Positions 24,789 through 38,877 of a DNA stretch of 64,000 bases are shown one piece after another. The stretch covers positions 234,794,001 to 234,858,000 of the forward strand of contig OZ024740.1 in the NCBI GenBank assembly GCA_964016885.1, in the 5' to 3' direction. The DNA comes from Eledone cirrhosa (Eukaryota). Below the pieces are notes generated by a model that saw only the letters and a list, made by a program, of their open reading frames with translations, was not told the origin of the DNA and did no database searches. The position numbers and the translations under genes were made by a program. The number at the start of each line of letters is the position of its first letter. Position 1 is the first letter of the stretch.

Positions 24789-27700
24789 GTACTGTGTATA
24801 CTTTCTTACCTTTATGTATGATGTGGGGGGGGGGGGGGGGGCACTTAGCCCATAGGATGGTAGGATAGTGTAATTACTGTACATCCTTCTCTACCATTGA
24901 ACTAAGTGTGGGTGTCAGTCCAAAGCCTACCTGGGATAGGGGGTATTGTAGTTAAGGTAAATCAGTTGTTCAGTAATGTGTGTATGAGAGAGAGAATATT
25001 ACATATGGAGAGTAGGGTGAAAGAAAGTATGGGAGTAAAAGAGCTAGAGAGATGGAAAGATTGAAATTAGTGTGGGATGTAACACTAAGTAGGTTACATG
25101 TGGACATGTGTCTGTAGATTTATTTGTGTCCTCCCTTTTGATACCAAACCATCTGAAACAGCCCCTCATTCTGCAATACAGAGCTGTTTGTCTTAAAGTG
25201 TTTATATATATTTAAAAACCTTCCAGCATAATTTTATATAAGACATTTTGTTACATAAAATTATGGTGGAAGGTTTTTTTAATATATCTCTGGGCCATGT
25301 TCATAAGTGATGGGAAGTAGGAAGCTGAATTAAATACAAGAATTACAGGAGCTAGTGCAGTAATGTACCAGCTTCAGCATTTGGTAATCAGAAGGGAGGT
25401 AGTTGTAAAAGCCAAACTTGCTATCTTCAATTTGGTATTCATGCTAACCTTTATCTACGTTCATGACTATTTGGTAATGACCAAAAGAATATTATTGTGA
25501 ATACAAGCAGCCGAAATGGGGTTCCTCTGAAGGGTCTTTTGAGTGTAACATTATGCAATAGAGTACATAGCTCAGAGATCAGCGAGCCACTACTTCTCTG
25601 AATTGAGAGATCACAGTCCAGATATTGTAGGCTTGTGGTTAGAATGTCTCAGGAAAGAATTGCTGGACTGATTTTATAGGCAAAACCAACCAGCAGGAGA
25701 CCCAGGAGTAGACCCCGAGCAAAATGGTTGAAAAATAGCCATGAGCTCGACTAGTCTTGCTTGGGGATCTAATCGGATCAATTGGAGACGGATGCTTTTG
25801 ACAAGACCTGCTGGAAGAAGTGTTTGAAGATTCTGCCCCCACAACCTCTCAAGAATAAATGGGTGAAGAAGAAAATATTTAGTTATGCTCCAAACACAAA
25901 ATAAATAAGCCGAAAGTTAGTTACATTACTAAATCCTCTTAAATTTTTGATTATTTTCAAAATTATTTGAAAATCATAGGCAGTGCCTTTCATTAGAAAT
26001 ATGGTACAAAAGTGTTGTTTGTGTATGTGTTGTGTATGTATATGTGTGCATTCATAAGTGTTTGTATTATATGCAGTGTTTATATGTGTATATGTAATGT
26101 TTTATATGTATATATATACACACACACACACATACATATTGTATGTATGTGTGTGTGTTTTTGTGTGTAGTGAAACACTATTAAATCAGCTGACAATGTG
26201 AAGGTGGGAGAAATAAGTGATGCAATAGTTATACACTGTGGTATTTAACCAAGAAAAGAACTAGACTCCAAACAAATTGCTGATTTATAATTACATGCTT
26301 ATTCCCAGATGTCACCAGAAGACTTATCTATATAGGTATCTCTAGATGTCACCAGGATATATGTTATATAAATCTTCATTTGTCATTTTGACATCCTCTC
26401 TGTTCCCATTATATAATAAGATTAAGAAGCTTCTACATGGTCATGAGAACTGTTAGAAATAGCAACTACCAGCTCCCTTAAATTACATCTGTCTTAAACT
26501 AAGGACAAGGCATATTAGATAATATAGCTCTATTTACAAATGACAGGAAGCTCACTGTTGGAAGACCTTTAATGATAAATCTGCTTAATCAGGCTTGACC
26601 TGAATTAAACAACAGCAGGACACACTTATATAGTTACCTCTAGATGTCACCAGGACATGTGTATGCAGTTACCATTACATTTTCAGTGAACTGAAGTGTG
26701 GTAATGAAGATGTGTTATGTAGGATGTGGTATGGCAGTGAGAACAGATATGTTGATGTAGTGTGTTGGTGTAGTGTGGTGATTCTGTGGAATGTAGTATG
26801 GTAGTGAAAATGTTGTATGGTATTTAGTTTTGTAATAAGGGGTGTAATGAGGTAATGAGAACATTGTCTAGTTGTAATTTGGTTGTAGGGATATTGTGTG
26901 GGGAACATAATTTTGTATAGAAAATTTGATGTGTGGGATGTACTGTAATAGTGAGAGCATATAATGAGGTTTATAGTGTGATAGTGTGGACATACTGTGT
27001 AGACTATAGTATAATAGTGTAAACATTTTGTGTCAGTTATAGTATAGACTCTAGTTTACTGAGGACATATTGTGTGGGTTGTAGAGTATTAGTAAAATTA
27101 TGTCATTTAACCCTCAAGTCAGCTCTGATCAAGCAGGTTCATGATCAAAGACATTATATCTGTATCTTTGGCAGTATCGGTAGAGGGTCGGACGCCATGC
27201 TTTCCAGCATAGTTACGTCCCTTTACGATCTGAGTTCAAATCCCGCCGAGGTTGACTTTGCCTTTCATCCTTACGGGGTCGATAAAATAAAGTACCAGTA
27301 ATGCACTGGGTAATTGCTGGCCTTGTGCCTAAAGTAGAAACAATTATATTTGTATCTAGGAATACATTATCCAATATGTCTTTTCTTTTTCTAAGATGAT
27401 AGGGAGTGATTTGAGGTATATTTGGCTGCTATTTTTAGCAGGCAGATTGAACAACTACATAGAGACTGCCTTGTTAGCTTTATGGTGTTGTAATAATGGT
27501 CTTGGTGATGGGGGTGATTTAATGTGTAGTGGAAGGCACTATGATGGCTGGATTTTGCTGCAACAACAGCCTGTAACCTTCACATATACAGAATCATTAT
27601 TGTATTGGCAGTATTGGTAGAGGGTCGGACGCCATGTTTTCCAGCATAGTTACGTCCCTTTACGATCTGAGTTCAAATCCCGCCGAGGTTGACTTTGCCT

Positions 27701-28549
27701 TTCATCCTTATGGGGTCGATAAAATAAAGTACCAGTAATGCACTGGGTAATTGCTGGCCTTGTGCCTAAAGTCGAAACAATTATTTTAAGTATGTTATAT
27801 AAATAGTGTGTGGGTGTAGTCTGTCTTCAGCCAGTGATTAGGTGATATACTTTTTTTTGTTTTTAACAACTTTTCAGTTATGTTAAAGATATGACAACTT
27901 CTTTAATGTTCATGGACTACATGATAAATGCACCCTGTTCACTCTGTAAAATGGTTGGTGATAAGAAGTACATCCAGCTGTACAAACGTTGCCAAAGGGT
28001 CAGGAGAACTCATCAGTTGTGTCAATGATATGACAACCTCCCTAGTACTGGTGCCATGATAAGAATATATGTTAGATGCATGCCTCCCCCAGCCCATCAA
28101 GTAGGTCAGTGTCTTTCCTTGAGAACTGACTTGGTCTGTGAAAACCCATCCTACCCTTGCTAGCAGAGGAGATGGATGTTAAATGAGGATGATGATGATC
28201 CAATGTAGCCTTTTTAAAAAGTCTGTAGAGTGTGATTTGAGGAAGATTTGACTGCTATTTCTAGCAGTTTGAAACTTAAATAGGCTTCCTCATTGGCTTG
28301 ATTGCATATGTTTATGTTGCTGAATGTGATGGTTGCTGTATTTGATGATTTCTGGTGTTGCTGATAAGAAGGGAGACAATGAATTTGATGTGTGTTACTT
28401 TAAGTCTGTTGTGGTTGTGCCAGATTTTTAGGTATTTGGTATAGAGCTGAATAAGCTAGGTAACTATGTTTGGGAAATAATGAGATGTGTAGATATGTTA
28501 TGCATTGACATTTTCTGTTCGATTAACATGTTTATTTATCACTATGCAG

Positions 28550-28658
28550 TACCCATATGACCGGGCTGAAAAATTCAATAAAGGTATTCGTAAACTCGGT
28601 TTGAATCCTGATGGCCACAGCTACTTGGATCAGTTCCGTACTTTAATTACACAAATAG
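28550..28658 (+). CDS. WASHC4: WASHC4 exon H
   Basis: atgcAG / GTaaga; [36 protein letters not shown]; phase 0-1. Confidence 0.97.
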
Positions 28659-29986
28659 GTAAGATACAATTCCACTTTCTCCTGTCCTAATATATGATAT
28701 GTAAATGGCTGATCCCTTCCTTTCAAATGTATAATATTTAAATGACTGCTCCCCACTTATGTCCTGATAAAATAACTGTTGCTCTTTTGTGTTATAAATC
28801 ATGTCATGTTATAAATCATGACTTGTGGTCTAATCACTGTTCTCGGCCAGTTTTCTAATACATGATGGACATAGAGAGTCAATATTTTCATTCAACCATG
28901 GAGCTGTTATGAGGTCTGTCTTGGTGAATTAGCAGCATGGATGAACTGAGACAAAAGCTATGTATAAGAGGAATCAGCTATAGTGTGCATGAGAGAAGAT
29001 GGTGCTAGTATAAACATGTGATGTGTATGGATGATGAATGCTGGGTGAAGAAGTGCCTGAAGATGCCAGTGGAAGGAAGCAACAGTAGTAAAAGATTGAG
29101 AAAAATCTGTACAGAAATGGCTAGAGCTGATCTCAAAACACTGTACTTCACGAAGAAGAGATGATAAAGGAAGGCTGTGAGTGAAAGGAGGTTGTGCTGG
29201 AAAGGAGATGTTTAACCCTTGCTAGCATGGAAAAGCAGATGTAAATTGATGACAGCATAAAATAATTGAACAGTCTTAGAAATTTCAGGATTGAACTCCT
29301 GACCATGAGGTTTACTACAGATACTAGTACTACTACTACTACTACTTCAACAACAAATCAATAAATTTATACTAGGTGATAAGTACTGTGTAACAAGAGA
29401 TATGGTCTCAGTCAGCAAAGGGCTGGCACTATCATTAAGGCGAACTAGACAGCCACCTAAGGCACAAACCTCAGAGAGGCACATTACTGAACCTTAAAGG
29501 ATCATGGTTTTATACAAATTTGTATAATTATAATAAATATATAATAATTTCCTGTGATCAATAAATAAATTACTAAACATCTTTACCACATAGCAACTAA
29601 GAGTCTGATATGGAGTTATGACCTGTCACGTGATTTGATCTGGATGAGTGTGGACTGTATTGTGGAAAATGCAGGCTTATTTTTCTTAGTGTGGTCAGAG
29701 AAGAAATGTCAAAAATTAGGTCCATTAACTTACTTAACTGTGAATTGAAATTATTTTATTTTAGAAAATGGTGTGCATTACTGGGACAAGAGAAGCATGC
29801 TCGTTGTAGAACTAACTTCTAACATTAAATACCCAGGTTTTTTCGTTGTTTTTTTTTTCTTGCTGCTTGAATGTAACTACTTTGTCATCTTTGATGCTAA
29901 TAACATTCTGAAACTCATAAGCATTACATCATCTTCTGTACATCTAGCAGAGAACCACTACTAAGTAGCAAATCTCTTATTTACAG

Positions 29987-30140
29987 GTAATGCAATGGGG
30001 TACATACGTATGATCCGCTCAGGTGGCCTGCACTGTTGCAGCAATGCAATTCGATTTATCCCAGACTTAGAAGACATTGAAAGTTTTGAAGAACTCTCTG
30101 CCAGGGAAGGTCTCTCTGCAGAATGTCAGTTAGCTGCTAA
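29987..30140 (+). CDS. WASHC4: WASHC4 exon I
   Basis: ttacAG / GTaagt; (G)[50 protein letters not shown](K); phase 1-2. Confidence 0.97.
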
Positions 30141-32305
30141 GTAAGTTTACACTACTTTATTTGGGTTTTCAATTTGTGTATATTTTACTATTTCCTTTTT
30201 TTTTAATGTTATTTTTAATTTATATATTTGTTTATTTATAAGTTGTTTTGGCATCTGTCAGTTGCAGTATTTTATTATTCTTTTGATCTTTTGTGGGTTT
30301 CAGACATTAGACTACAGCCATGCTTATGTACTGCCTTATAATGAATTTAGTCAATCCTATAAACTCCAGTACTTATGTTTTCAAGTTTGGTACTTATTTT
30401 ATTGATCTGCTAAGTTACAGGACGTAAATAATCTGAAAATGTAAATACAGACACAGACGTGTGTGTGTGTGTGTGTCTCTCTCTCTCTCTATATATATAT
30501 ATAGGTATAGTGTTGATTTTTTGCATGCTTGCACAGGTTAAACAGCTGTTACAAGCTGAGACCAGAGTGATCAGGTGACTAAATCCTGCTCATACACTTT
30601 ATTTTGGCTTGTTTTGTGTGGCTGGATGCCCTTCCTAGTGCCAACCACTTTACAGCATGACTGGGAGCAGGGTTTCTGTGACAGCATGCCCTTCCTAACA
30701 CCAACCACTTTACAATGTGTACTGGGAGCATTTTATTATGACTCCAGTACTACCTACCACCTTACAGGTTGGACTGGGTGCTTTTGTTGTGGACCAGTAC
30801 TGCCTCATTACTGTGCTAGGGTACTCAGTGTACTTGGTCTTACTGATGAGATTGTTTGGGGCTGGAATATAGATATTGCACTGCTGGAAGTGGGGGGGGG
30901 GTCATGGTGATGGCCTTGAAGCAAGTGGATGGTGTATGACATATTGTGGGCGGTTGCCCAGCTTTTCTTGATGGCCTAAATATATATACATAATATATGA
31001 TAGCCTTTATATATATATTTTTTTTTTTCAATCTATCATTTGTTTGCAGTAAAAGAAAATTCATTTTAATCCTATTCAGGCCCAACTGCAATTAAACTCG
31101 TTAGAGTGTAGGACAAAATGCTTTGTGGTATTCAGTCTGGTTCTCAGAGTTCAAATCACACCAAGGTCAACTTTGCCTTTCACACTTTTGGGGGTTGAAG
31201 TACAATACCAGTCCAGGATAGTGGATTGGCAGAATTGTTAGAGCACCAGATGAGATGCCTCGTGGTAATGGTTTTAGCCCTTTGTATTCTGAGTTCTTAG
31301 GTGGCAGACTTAATCCATCACTTGTTGTTTTTGTGGAGCTCACCCTTTGCAAGCTTTTGAACCAGGATTCCAGTTTTGGGATACCCCCTCCTGTCTCCAG
31401 CAAAAAAAAATTAAGGCCTGGAGATGGAAATCAACATTATTTCCAGGAATGTGGCTCAAGCAGATTCAGTGATCTAGTTTTGGTGATGCAGAACTGCTTA
31501 TCATTATCATCATAGGGCAGTGGATTGGCAGTATCGGTAGAGGGTTGGATACCATGATTTGTAGCAAAGAGTTACACCCCTTTACGGTCTGAGTTCAAAT
31601 CCCGCCGAGGTTAACTTTGCCTTTCATCCTTACGGGGTCGATACAATAAAGTACCAGTAATACACTGGGATAATTGCTGGCCTTGTGCCAAAAGTAGAAA
31701 CAATTATCATCATCACTTAATATTGATTTTCCATCCTTGCATGTGTTAGATGGATTAGACTGACTAAATGACCACAGCTTACTCATACTGTTTTGCTATA
31801 TCATTAAGGTGGAATCTATTATAAAAGGTTGGGAACCACTGCTTTATAGCATGTACTGGGAAGCATTTTATCATGATTCTGGCACTACGATTGTACAGTA
31901 TGGACTGAATGTCATAGCACCAGCACTACTGCCTTACAAGTGTAATCATTATTTACTTTTCTACTACCATTACAACAGCCTCTACTTGTTTGAACTGATG
32001 AAAACCAAAAGCAAGTAGCTCAGCTTGGAGTTTCTCATACTAGACCAATTCCAAGACTTGAATTCAAGTCAAGTATTGTTTTCATTATGATCAAACATTG
32101 TTTTCACTAAACTTTACAACAGTGAGAGATCACCAGCATATAACATAGGAGAGCAAGTCTCCAGTTGATTTATCTCCTCTTACTGTACAGGGGGCCATTG
32201 AATAAGGCAAGAGTCTAAATGTTATAAGGTAATAGTTGTTGTTCATGATTTTTTATGTCTAATAGACCTACAGAATGTCAGTAAACTTTATTTTCCTCCC
32301 ACCAG

Positions 32306-32369
32306 AAATCTGGATGCTGTTATAAGTAACCTGTCCAAGAACTTTGCAGAAGGAACTGAATATTTCAAG
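32306..32369 (+). CDS. WASHC4: WASHC4 exon J
   Basis: accAG / GTatgt; NLDAVISNLSKNFAEGTEYFK; phase 2-0. Confidence 0.95.
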
Positions 32370-33601
32370 GTATGTCTTCTATTTAACAGGAGGGATGATT
32401 TTTATTATCATCATCGATTTGTTTATTACACAGCAACAGTTACATGGAACACTTGGCCACCATAGATTTGTGTACCACTCAGTCAATGTCACATGTAACA
32501 GTAGGCTACAGTCACATGTAACCTAAAGTCACATGTAATATCATACCACAGTGACATGTGTCACTCAGTCACATATAAGATTAGCCCATTGTCACATGTG
32601 TTACATAGACACATATAGACACATATGATAATAAAACTCTGACACATGGCATACAGTTACATGTTGTGCAGGCTGTAGTTACATGCAACATAAAGCTACA
32701 TGTAACAACACATTACAGTTACATGTGTCACTCAGTTACATATAGGATTAGGCTATTGTCATATGTGTAACATAGTCAATTGTAATACTAAACCCCAGTC
32801 ACATATTGAGCAAGCTGCAGTCACATGTAAGATCATACTTCAGTTATGCGCATGGGCCTCCATTTCCTTATGATAGTGAGGGATCGGTAAGGATGGAGGC
32901 AGTGATTAGTGGGAGTTTGGTTCCATTGTGTTTAGACCTGTTATATGTGTATATATTCATTTACCACCCTACCAACTATAAACACAATCTTTGAGTACAC
33001 TGGATTGGTAGTATTGGTAGAGCATCAGATACCATGTTTTTGCAGCATAGAGTTATGGCCCTTTACATTCTGAGTTCAAATCCTGCCGAGGTTAACTTGC
33101 CTTTCATCCTTAGAGGGCCTATGAAATAAAGTACCAGTAATACACTGGGGTAATTGCTGGCCTTGTGCCAAAAGTAAAAACAATTATATGTATCAGTCAC
33201 ACTGAATCACATATAAGATTAGGCTATAGACACATGTAATATTAAGCTTCAGTCACATATATCATGCTGTCATATGTATAGCAAGTTGCAGTCTCATGTA
33301 ACATCATTCTATAATTATATGTGTCACCCTGTCATATATACGATGAGACTATAGTCATATGTAACAGTCACATGCAATATCAGGCTACAGTTACATGTAT
33401 CATTAACTCACATGTAACATCAAACTACTCACAAATAGGTCACATGTAACAGCAAGCTGCAATATTACCTAATCACATGTAATATAATGCCCGTCACACT
33501 TAATATTTGTCCACCATCACTTATGTCACCTAGCCACATGTAACATAAAACTAATGTAACCTGTATTAAACATTATCCCCAAATCATTTTCCCTTCCACA
33601 G

Positions 33602-33685
33602 ATGCTGGTTGATGTTTTTGCACCAGAGTTCCGTAACCCTAAAAACATGCATCTCCGAAACTTCTTTGTCATCCTGCCAGCATTG
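33602..33685 (+). CDS. WASHC4: WASHC4 exon K
   Basis: ccacAG / GTaagt; [28 protein letters not shown]; phase 0-0. Confidence 0.97.
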
Positions 33686-34859
33686 GTAAGTCAGTTTTTA
33701 TGTATTCTTTCTACTCTCTAACACGATTAATGAAACACAATATTAAATATGTCTTCCTTTTGTCAATTCTACATCATTTTATATATTGTTGTCATAGTCA
33801 AGTCTCTTTACTGTCAATTCTACATCCATATAGATATATATATTACGGGCCCCCCATTGGTCACTAATGACCATGGTTTTGCACCTAAAAAGTTTCCATC
33901 CGAGGCACAAGCCTAGGCAAGTTTTGTTTGTGGAAGACCTGTCTCCCCTCTCCATGCCACTGATGTTGTCTAAGGGAAAGGTAATGGCTAATACAACTTC
34001 GCACCTTTGACATTGCAACTCATTTCTACAGCTGAGTAAACTGGAGCAACGTGAAATAAAGTGTCTTGCTCAAGGATACAATGCGCCACTCGGTCTGAGA
34101 ATTGAACCCACAACCTTTCAATTGTAAGCCCAACATTCTAACAACTAAGCCATGCGCCTTCATATATATGTATGTGTGTGTGTGTGTGTGTGTGGATGTA
34201 AAGTGGTTGATGTTAGGAAGAACACTTCACTGTAAAAACCATCCCAAAAGGATTGAGTGAATTCTTCAGTCCATGTCAATGACATGACAACCACTAATGC
34301 TAATGACATGAAAAATACACAGGAGTTGGAGTATTTTTAGCTTTTTGAGATACTTGCCACCAGGAGCACTTTTGAAGCAATGATAACTCATCCCCACTAC
34401 CACAGTGTGTGTGTATGCATCATTAATGATAATACATAGTCTTAGACAAGTCTTTCTCTACTGTCGACTCTACATCAATATATATTGTTGTTATTTACAT
34501 CATTAATGACATCAGCCTTGGACATGTCTCTTTCTCGTTAATGTTAAATCTCCAATGTATATTGTTGTTGACATCATTTGTAACATGGTCTTAGACAAAT
34601 CTTTCACTACTATCATCACTCCATGAATTTATATATTACTCTTTACTGTCAACTTTAAATGAATATATATTGTTAAAGATATAATGACAATACAGCCTTA
34701 AACAAGTTTCTTTACTACTAACTCTCCAGTTTATATTTCTATATTGTTGAATTGGAACTCTTCCATCATTTCTATCTACCTGTCCCTCTGCAGGAATTTA
34801 TGTTATTTTCACTTCTTTTATGATTTTACTTGTTTTGTCTTTCTTTCTATTTTCTTCAG

Positions 34860-34956
34860 ACCTTGAACTTTGTAGAACATTCCATGAGTTGTAAAGAGAA
34901 ACTGAATCGTAAAAACAAAGATGGTGCTGCCATCACAGATGATGGCTTTGCAATGG
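34860..34956 (+). CDS. WASHC4: WASHC4 exon L
   Basis: cttcAG / GTaggt; [32 protein letters not shown]; phase 0-1. Confidence 0.97.
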
Positions 34957-35154
34957 GTAGGTATGATGACTGGTTTCATAACATTTTCATATAAACAGCA
35001 ATTTAGATATATTTACAGTAAAAATAACAATAAATGTATTCATTGTGTAATTAACATGTTTATTTATCATCTATGATACAGTGTTTAATAATGGAATGAC
35101 CAGTTCCTGGATTATTCTTGTCATGGTGTTGCTCTTCTGTGTTGTGTATTGCAG

Positions 35155-35249
35155 GCCTAGCTTATATCCTGAAATTGCTTGACCAGTACCATGAGTTTGA
35201 CTCTCTGCATTGGTTCGCATCTGTGAAGAAGAAATATTCCCAAGATAAG
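35155..35249 (+). CDS. WASHC4: WASHC4 exon M
   Basis: ttgcAG / GTgagt; (G)[31 protein letters not shown]; phase 1-0. Confidence 0.97.
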
Positions 35250-37728
35250 GTGAGTATCTTTTTATAACAGTTTACTGAATACAATGGAAATAACAAATTA
35301 AAAAAACTTACTTCAAAACCCTTTATTTGTGCAAAACTCAATATTAGGTCTTTTTTAGTCGCAACCATTAATCAAAATTGCTACACAAACAACAAACAGA
35401 TACTATCCTGAAAGCAGGCCCATAACAAGGCTTGCAACCATGAAGAATAGAGATCTCTTGTCACCCAATACTCCATGGGAAGCAATATAAACTAAAGAAG
35501 AAGAGGATAATAGTGTAAAATTGTTTAAAATAAAAGCTTAAAATAGCAGAGCACAGCATGATGGCCTTGTGTATTATAAAAGAGTTCATGGTACCTTAAG
35601 TATCAAACAGTTTGAAACCCCTTCAAAAAAGTATTACACACACTGCAGTATTAAACAGTATGAGATTGATATACTAATGCGAAACCATATAAGATCTGAA
35701 TTAAAATATAATACATTGTTAAAGATATGTCGGGGAAGGGAATCTTCCTGTATGTTAAAAAAAAGAAAAAATTCATAAAAGTATCAATCATCATCATCGT
35801 TTAACGTCTATCTTCCACACAGCATGGGTTAGACGGGAATTGTCCCACTTGAAGCAAGATTGATCGGGTGACCACATCTCACTTGTATAAGACTGTATCT
35901 GACAGGTTTTCTACGGCTGGATGCCCTTCCTAACACCAACCACATTTACAGTGTGGACTGGGAGCCTTTTTACCGTGTCTCCAATATTTTATAAAAAATT
36001 CCTCAGGAGCCATTCAGTAGTTTGGTTGTTGAATTGTGGTGTCCTTTACATGGGAGATTCAAAAATTCTACTAGATTCTACTTTAACTCTTTCCTATAAA
36101 ATTATACTATTTGAAACACACAGTCAATCCCTAAATGTTTTGTTTTTCTGTGACTGTTTGCACTTTGTTTCCTGTGTTTATCTAGGTGCAATGATTCACT
36201 TGTGACAATATTTTTAAAGCTTGGTCTTCTTCCTCCCATTGAGCACTAAACATTGAAGTAGGAAGTTTTTTTTATCATTTTGGTGATGTACTTGTTTGGC
36301 AAGTGATATAGGGATTTTGTAAAGGTGGGTGGCTTAGTGGTTAGAGCATTGGATTCAAAATCATGAGGTTGTGAGTTCGATTCCCAGACTAGGTGATGCA
36401 TTGTGTTCTTGAGCAATACACATTATTTCACATTGCTCAAGGCGGTGGATTGGCAGTATCAGTAAAGGGTCGGACGCCATGCTTTCCAGCATAGTTACGT
36501 CCCCTTTACGATCTGAGTTCAAATCCCGCCGAGGTTGACTTTGCCTTTCATCCTGTATACATGGGCAACTGCTAGTCTTCCACAAAAACACCCTGCCTAG
36601 ACTTGTTTCAGAAGGGAAACTTTCTATGTATAAATCCCACGGTCATTTGTGACTGAAGGGAGTCTTTACCCTTTTTATAAGTAACTTTAATAATTGTTTC
36701 TACTTTAGGCACAAGGCCAGCAATTCTCCAGTGCATTACTGGTACTTTATTTTATCGACCCCGTAAGGATGAAAGGCAAAGTCAACCTCGGCGGGATTTG
36801 AACTCAGATCGTAAAGGGGACGTAACGGTGCTGCAAAGCATGGCGTCCGACCCTCTACCGATACTGCCAATCCACCGCCCTCTATAATGAATAATGTATG
36901 ATATTCTTACAAAATAAAGTAAAAGAGTGAATGTGTTTTTAAGTGACTGTCATGACTCTACCATGCTTCAATTGTGCGTGTATATGTACATCAGCTTTTT
37001 CACATTCGTTTTTCCACACTGGTGTAGGTTGAAGAGAACTTTTTCAGGTAGGGACCTGATAGTGTACTTTTTATAAAAACTGAGATAAACACAGTTATAT
37101 ATATATATATACATTATCATCACTGTTTTACGTCTATGTTCTATGCTGGCATGGGTTGGATGGATTCTCACATTCTGAGACTAAACAGATCAGATGACTA
37201 TCCTTTGCTCATACATTCCTGTTTGACGTGGTTTTATAGCTGAATGCCTTTCTTAGTGCTAATCCCTTTACAGTGTGTAACTAGGTGTGTTTGATCATGG
37301 TACCAGCATTTCCACTTTACAGATTGGGCTGGGTGTGCATTATCAGGTCACCAAAACAACCGGTTTACAAGTTGGGTTGGGTTGAGTGTATTTTATTGTA
37401 GCACTGGCACTACCACTTTACAGAGTGGGATGTGTGCATATGTAATATTGCTTTTGCTATTTGTTCTTGAGAACAATGTTTACACATACAAATTAAAGTA
37501 CTCAAAACTTTAGAGGAAACCCTCCACTCCACTAAGGTTCACTTTGGAAAGATGGACAAAATTACATCTGTACTCAATCAGGTATCACACATGACACTCT
37601 GGAACAACATGAACAATATCATATATATATATATATATACTTGGCTATCATATCTCTACTGTAATGTACTAATTATTTTATCTTATTTCTGTTTTTCTTT
37701 TCTTTCTCTTTTTCTTCTTGATCTGAAG

Positions 37729-37830
37729 ATGGAAGTTCAAAAACAACAGTCTTCAGCCAGTGTGAAGATGGATGAGAAACTGAATCAAACAACAACCCTT
37801 ACCATGAAAAGATTAGATGTTTATATTCAG
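37729..37830 (+). CDS. WASHC4: WASHC4 exon N
   Basis: Long pyrimidine tract then gaAG / GTagaa; MEVQKQQSSASVKMDEKLNQTTTLTMKRLDVYIQ; phase 0-0. Confidence 0.93.
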
Positions 37831-38398
37831 GTAGAACCCATCCTATCTTGTTCCCTATTCATGAGTGGGTTGAGACCTATGGTATGAGTTGGGATAGTAA
37901 ATGTGTTGTGTGTATTACTGCTGTTGTTGTTGTTTATTCCTAAGCCAGTCCTAGTTGAGTAGAACTATTCAGTGCTTACCTAAACTGAAACTATAAATAT
38001 CAATGATTTACTTTGTGATGTAAGTGATTACAAATTCAATATAAAAATACTAATTAAATGCATGTAATTCAGTGTATAATTTCAGTAAAATTTCATAATA
38101 GAAAGGCTCAATTTCTGATGCATTTCAAGTTCTGTGTCTATGTTTGGTATAATCCTATTATACATTAAATATTGTTGTTGTAAAGACATTTTAAAGAAGG
38201 TATAGATCTTTGCAGATCTAACTATTGAGCAGTGGTATCTCTGTTTATGCAGAATGAAAACAAATATCACTGCCTGTGATAGTGAAGAAAAGACACACGC
38301 ACACATATATATATAAAAGGTAAACAGAAATAACAACACAATCAGTACAGTATATGGAAGGAATATATTAGTTTAACGCTTGAAATAGCAGGAAGAAA

Positions 38399-38436
38399 TT
38401 CTTAACGTTTCGGATGCTAGTCCTTCATCAGAAGAA
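38399..38436 (-). ncRNA. Minimal hammerhead ribozyme motif in a (TA)-flanked remnant
   Basis: Minus: TTCTT-CTGATGA-A-GGA-ctagca-TCC-GAAAC-GT-T-AAGAA; 5-bp stem I, loopless palindromic stem III as in dimer-type PLE hammerheads. Confidence 0.65.
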
Positions 38437-38789
38437 AGAATAAGAAATTAGAAAGAATACATATACATATACGATGAGTTGAGTGCTTTTCCTACTACTA
38501 TATCATGGTTAACTATACAGAATGATCAGTTCTATCCCATGATAAACCACATACATGACAGGCTTTCTTACAGTTTCTCTCTACCGATTTTACTTACAAG
38601 GCATTGGCAGCTTGAGCTTGCCTGAGACCATGCAGTTGAGAAGTGAACTTCTTAACCACACAGCCATGCCTGCGATTAGTTGTGTGTGTATGTGTTTCAT
38701 TCATTTTGTCTTAGAACTGCATAAATTGTTTAAAATTTCAATTTTAGTTATCCACTAATTAATTTTAATATGATTTTTCTCTTCACTAG

Positions 38790-38877
38790 GAATTTAATCT
38801 GTTGAATTACTCATTAAGCAGTGCACGAATATTCTTCAGGGCTGACCTTACTGCTGCTGAGGAGAAAGAAAAGAAAG
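38790..38877 (+). CDS. WASHC4: WASHC4 exon O
   Basis: cactAG / GTatca; EFNLLNYSLSSARIFFRADLTAAEEKEKK; phase 0-1. Confidence 0.95.

Noticed and set aside
24826-24842. G-run 38 nt after the exon G donor (possible G-quadruplex or splicing enhancer)
   Set aside because: A single homopolymer; nothing distinguishes it from ordinary mononucleotide runs
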